Shown piece after piece: positions 60,644 through 64,000 of a stretch of DNA of 64,000 bases (within the stretch, counting starts at the first letter, position 1; the number at the start of each line of letters is the position of its first letter). Location: NCBI GenBank assembly GCA_938022205.1, contig CALIEB010000016.1, forward strand, positions 4,213-68,212, in the 5' to 3' direction. The notes beneath the pieces were generated by a model that saw only the letters and a list, made by a program, of their open reading frames with translations, was not told where the DNA came from and made no database searches. The stretch comes from an uncultured Anaerolineae bacterium (GTDB lineage: Bacteria > Chloroflexota > Anaerolineae > Aggregatilineales > Phototrophicaceae). A program made the translations under genes and the position numbers.

Positions 60644-63600
60644 CTACTCCAGCCACTTGTTAGTTAATGCCACGCGCGCCACGCTGCCGTTGTTGTTCAG
60701 TGCCAGCGGGTTCACCGCGTAGGGGCGACAGATGTTGCTAAAGGTGAAGGCTTGCGGCACGCCGACCCGTTCGCTAATCACAGGAATCAGTGTCTTTTGC
60801 CCATCAGCCTCTTCCACCAACCAGCCTACCTTGCCGTCGCCCGTGCGCACTTGCCACCACAAGAAGCCGTCATTGGCAACCGGACCGTAAAGCGTGCGCA
60901 CGTCAAACCCCTGCAGCACGGTAGTGATGCGCGGCGCGCTGGTGCTTGGCTCTTCGCGTAAGTTCACTCCGCGCGCGCCGCCGCCATAGACCGTGTACGT
61001 TCTGCCCATGCGAATGTCGCCCAGCTGCACAGGACGCAGCGTCTTCTCGCGGTCAACTTCTTCCGCCGCCCAGCCTTCAAACCCGTTAGGCAAGCGCAAG
61101 AACCACCACGTGAAGCCATCGGCATTGCGTGGACCGTCCAACACTGTCACAACTAAGCCGACGAACATGCCCGTCACAATCGCACCGCGCGTGCTTGGCT
61201 CTTGGCGCAGGTTGAGAGCTTTAGTGAAGCTGCCGCTCACGACGGCTTGTGCGCCCTTGCGAATGCCACCGCTTAAGAAAGGCAGCTCGCTGTAGCCGCG
61301 TATGTAGAGAGGCGTGGGCGCGTCGCTGGTTTGCCCGCTTAACAGCACTTGGGCGAAAAGGCTGCCGTTGGTTTCGGGCTTGCCCGCTTGCGCTTGGGTA
61401 AAGTCAATCGCGCTAGCGTTGGTAAGGTCGAAGCGTGCGCCGCGTTCTAGCCGCTGCTGCGTGCGGTCGGTGTAGGTAACGGTGATGGGCGATAGCACGC
61501 ACGCCTCGTTTGCGCTCAAGTCGGGGCAGAGCGTGATGCCATCGTCGTAGCCCAAGATGGCAAAGTTTGGACACGTGTCTTGGTAGAGGTTGCTCACATC
61601 TGCTGTCAGCGTGGCGTTGTTGTTGATGACGCGCACCGTGCCAAACTCGACATAGACGGCATTCACGTCGTTGAACACGCCGCCGCCGATGTAGGCGAGG
61701 TTGTTTTGGATGAGCGAGTCCTCGACGAGCAGCGTGCCAAAGTTGGCGATGCCGCCGCCGCTGTTGCTCGTCGTGTTGCCTGACACGATGACCTGCGAGA
61801 GCGTGAGGTCGCCTTCGTTGAAGATACCACCGCCTAAGCCGTCATGGTTGCCGCCGGTAATCGTCATATCGGTGATGACCGCCACCGCGTTCGCCGCCAC
61901 GCGTACCACCGAACGCCCAGTGCCCGCGCCGTTCACAATCACCAGCTCGCGGTTCACGCCGTGTAGCGCGACTGACTTGTCGATGTCAATTGCCTCGTTG
62001 TAGATGCCTACTTCGATGAAAATAACTTCACTATCGTGCGCGCGTGCCAGCGCGTTGCTGATGGTCTTGCAGGCGGTTTCAGGGCTGTAACAGCTGTTGC
62101 CGTCGTCACCTGCACTGGCGTTGACGTACCACGACCCTGTAAAGGCTTCAGGTTCGGGCGTGGGTGTCAGCGTGGGCGTAGGCGATAGGGTTAGCGTAGG
62201 TGTGGGCGTTGCGGTCGGGCGCGGCGTGTGCGTGGGCGTGGCTGTAGGCGATGAGGTCGGCGTAGCGGTGGGCTGCGCCAGCGCGGTGCGCGTTGCCTCT
62301 TGCACAACTTGCGTCAGCACGAGGTTGACGTTATCTTCGCTGTATCCCCCGTCGCTGCTTTCCGTGCTTATCATCGCCACTTGCGCCAACGCCGTGCTTT
62401 GTATTGCTGCGAAGGCTTGGGTCGCTTGAAGAACGCTCTGCGTGCCAATCGCCCAATCCGTCGCCTTCGCGTAGATGTTTTGCGCAATCTGCGTGCTGAG
62501 CATGTCTTGCAAACCTTGCTGCTGTATCAAGTCGGGACGCAGAAACGCTAGCTGCGTGGCGAACTGTATGAGGAAGCTGTTCGTGGCAACGACCTGCGTG
62601 CTTTCAACGACCAACGCCTCAAGCGTGCTGAAGGCTTCGGTGGCGGCGTTGTTAAAGGCGGCTTGCTGCGTGAGCGTGGCGAAGCTGTTTTCCGCGTCGC
62701 GCAGGCTCTGCTGCTGCTGCTCGACGACGGCGGTTTGGCGCGCTTGGTTCGTGGCGGCTTGCAGCGTCACAAACTCCGCTTGCGCTTGGTTCGTGGCAAG
62801 TTGGTCAGCTAAGATAATCTGCTGCGTGGCGTTCAAATCTTGAAAGGCTTGGCGCGTGGATTCACTCTCGCGTACCTGCTGATTTTGCACGTACAAGAAG
62901 GCAATCGTTAAGCCTGCCACCAGCATGCCGATGAGAATGCCAACAAACGTCACGGTCTGGCGGCGGCTTTGCGCTTGCTGGCTGCTGAGCAAGTAGGCAA
63001 TTTGCAGCTCAGTGGGCTTGGGGTCTTTGCTTTCGGCGGCGCGCAGCCAGTCTGCGTACTCGCGTAGCTCACCGCTGCTGAGCAGGAAGCCGCCGCTGCG
63101 TCCGCGCGTGTCCCATTCGCGTGCGCGCACCAGCAAGCGCGTGTGCAAGCGCACGTAGGCTAAATCCGTGTCGATGGCTTTTAGCAGCTTGCCGTAGCTG
63201 TTCTCAAACGCCGCGTCGCTGTTGTCGTCAAAAGCAATCCAGTTATGACGGCTAATCGCTTGCCAGTTGTCGCGCGCCAGCCGCTCCATGTCGCGCCCTG
63301 CCAGCGTGTTGAGCATGTTTTGGTCGAGCTTGCGCTTGGCGAGCGCGTCGAGCATCTCCTGCTCGCTGATTAAGCCGCGCAGCACCGGCACGAGGCGTTT
63401 GTTGTGGTCGATGGCGTGGGCAATTTCAAAATGGCAGATAGGCGAGGCGAGCGAATCGGGGCTGATGACAAAGACGAACGTGTCTGTCGCTTCAATCGCC
63501 TCGCGGATTTCTTTCCACCAATCCGCCGACAGGGGAATGTCCTCCCAATCGACCCAAATGTCACGCCCGTCTTGCGAGAGGCGCGCGTGCAGACGGCGCA

Positions 63601-63652
63601 CAAAGTCGCTGTCGCGGCGCGAGTAAGACAAAAACACGTCAGCCATTGGCAT
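60644..63652 (-). CDS. TIR domain-TM-coiled/Q-rich stalk-T/P linker-parallel beta-helix-2x SH3b protein
   Basis: - aa 4-140: TIR domain (DVFLSYSRRDSDFVRRL, FVFVISPDSLASPICHFEIAHAI).
- aa 234-254: TM helix VTFVGILIGMLVAGLTIAFLY.
- aa 255-460: Q/A/T-rich region.
- aa 461-502: PT repeats.
- aa 505-690: G/N-rich beta-helix-type repeats (GGGIFNEG, GGGIANFG, GGGVFNDV).
- Two SH3b-like modules (DGFTWWFLRLPNGFEGWAAEE and DGFLWWQVRTGDGKVGWLVEE). Confidence 0.85.
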   Translation of the reverse strand: MPMADVFLSYSRRDSDFVRRLHARLSQDGRDIWVDWEDIPLSADWWKEIREAIEATDTFVFVISPDSLASPICHFEIAHAIDHNKRLVPVLRGLISEQEMLDALAKRKLDQNMLNTLAGRDMERLARDNWQAISRHNWIAFDDNSDAAFENSYGKLLKAIDTDLAYVRLHTRLLVRAREWDTRGRSGGFLLSSGELREYADWLRAAESKDPKPTELQIAYLLSSQQAQSRRQTVTFVGILIGMLVAGLTIAFLYVQNQQVRESESTRQAFQDLNATQQIILADQLATNQAQAEFVTLQAATNQARQTAVVEQQQQSLRDAENSFATLTQQAAFNNAATEAFSTLEALVVESTQVVATNSFLIQFATQLAFLRPDLIQQQGLQDMLSTQIAQNIYAKATDWAIGTQSVLQATQAFAAIQSTALAQVAMISTESSDGGYSEDNVNLVLTQVVQEATRTALAQPTATPTSSPTATPTHTPRPTATPTPTLTLSPTPTLTPTPEPEAFTGSWYVNASAGDDGNSCYSPETACKTISNALARAHDSEVIFIEVGIYNEAIDIDKSVALHGVNRELVIVNGAGTGRSVVRVAANAVAVITDMTITGGNHDGLGGGIFNEGDLTLSQVIVSGNTTSNSGGGIANFGTLLVEDSLIQNNLAYIGGGVFNDVNAVYVEFGTVRVINNNATLTADVSNLYQDTCPNFAILGYDDGITLCPDLSANEACVLSPITVTYTDRTQQRLERGARFDLTNASAIDFTQAQAGKPETNGSLFAQVLLSGQTSDAPTPLYIRGYSELPFLSGGIRKGAQAVVSGSFTKALNLRQEPSTRGAIVTGMFVGLVVTVLDGPRNADGFTWWFLRLPNGFEGWAAEEVDREKTLRPVQLGDIRMGRTYTVYGGGARGVNLREEPSTSAPRITTVLQGFDVRTLYGPVANDGFLWWQVRTGDGKVGWLVEEADGQKTLIPVISERVGVPQAFTFSNICRPYAVNPLALNNNGSVARVALTNKWLE

Positions 63653-63934
63653 CCCCCCTTAGAGACGGTAACCATTCTTACCTATCATAAACGCAAACTA
63701 GCGTTTTGTCACTTTTTGGAGGGAACTAGCAGGGTCACACACGACCTATTGTGACGAACATAGCACTTTGACGGGCGCATGAGGCGAGAGAGCGACGCTA
63801 TACTCCCCCGCAAAGATGAGAAAACGCTTATCTTGGCAAAGTCTATGGGCTGCATTGACAACAAAACAGGAGCTTTCTACGTATAATCGTATTGTAACAC
63901 TTTTGACAATTTCAAGCTAAGGAGAGAATTTTTC

Positions 63935-64000
63935 ATGCGTTATCGTTTCTTCACTACCTTCATGGTTGCGTTTGCGCTGTTCATCGGTGTGTTTGCCAGC
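63935..64000 (+). CDS. 5' end of a gene encoding a signal-peptide/TM-bearing protein (truncated by the window edge)
   Basis: AAGGAGAG lies 8 nt upstream of ATG 63935. The translation MRYRFFTTFMVAFALFIGVFAS is a typical hydrophobic leader. Only 22 codons are visible. Confidence 0.5.
   Translation, partial: MRYRFFTTFMVAFALFIGVFAS

Noticed and set aside
62147-62272. Repetitive ACGCCCAC/ACCCCTAC-type DNA in the TIR gene, checked as a possible CRISPR-like or tandem repeat array
   Set aside because: It encodes an in-frame Pro/Thr linker (PTATPTSSPTATPTHTPRPTATPTPTLTLSPTPTLTPTPEPE). It has no spacer-repeat periodicity and no cas genes.
63855-63887. TTGACA ... TATAAT pair upstream of the last gene, considered as a promoter
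   Set aside because: The -10 hexamer is perfect (63882-63887), but the spacer to TTGACA is 21 nt, outside the 16-19 nt range. The -10 may still function with another -35, so I did not list it as a feature.

Overview
This is a 64 kb, visibly GC-rich chromosomal segment (well above 60 percent by eye, not computed). Coding is dense on both strands, with about 55 supportable CDS. I found no rRNA, tRNA, CRISPR array, transposase, integrase or prophage genes. The gene content suggests a Chloroflexota-like organism, which is inference only: many GT-C membrane glycosyltransferases, PD40 propeller proteins, TIR proteins and T/P-rich linkers.

Recognisable housekeeping blocks:
- an acyl-CoA carboxyltransferase
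- a LivFGHM-type ABC importer with a MaoC dehydratase
- an ABC-F ATPase
- a rhodanese / MBL-rhodanese / TauE sulfur module
- lpd, rluD, a CNNM/CorC-cdd pair, and sucA-sucB
- inositol-3-phosphate synthase, a cytochrome P450, pdxT and deoC

Features worth a second look:
1. A 1002-aa receptor-like TIR protein with a cytoplasmic TIR, one TM helix and an outside beta-helix plus two SH3b modules.
2. A stand-alone NERD-SF1 helicase gene in a locally less GC-rich stretch.
3. Seven GT-C-type membrane glycosyltransferase paralogues, three of them in tandem. Four share a C-terminal module ending in a VGVYD-like motif.
4. A GT4 / ino1 / GT-C / P450 neighbourhood.
5. A CopC-CopD fusion whose C-terminal cytochrome-c-like domain has lost its CxxCH motif.
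6. A CLC protein with fluoride-clade-like motifs but no room for a riboswitch.
7. A Zn-ribbon gene followed by two translationally coupled DUF3179 genes, next to an LCP and TIR-like pair.

All functional calls rest on motifs I read in the translations. No database search was run.
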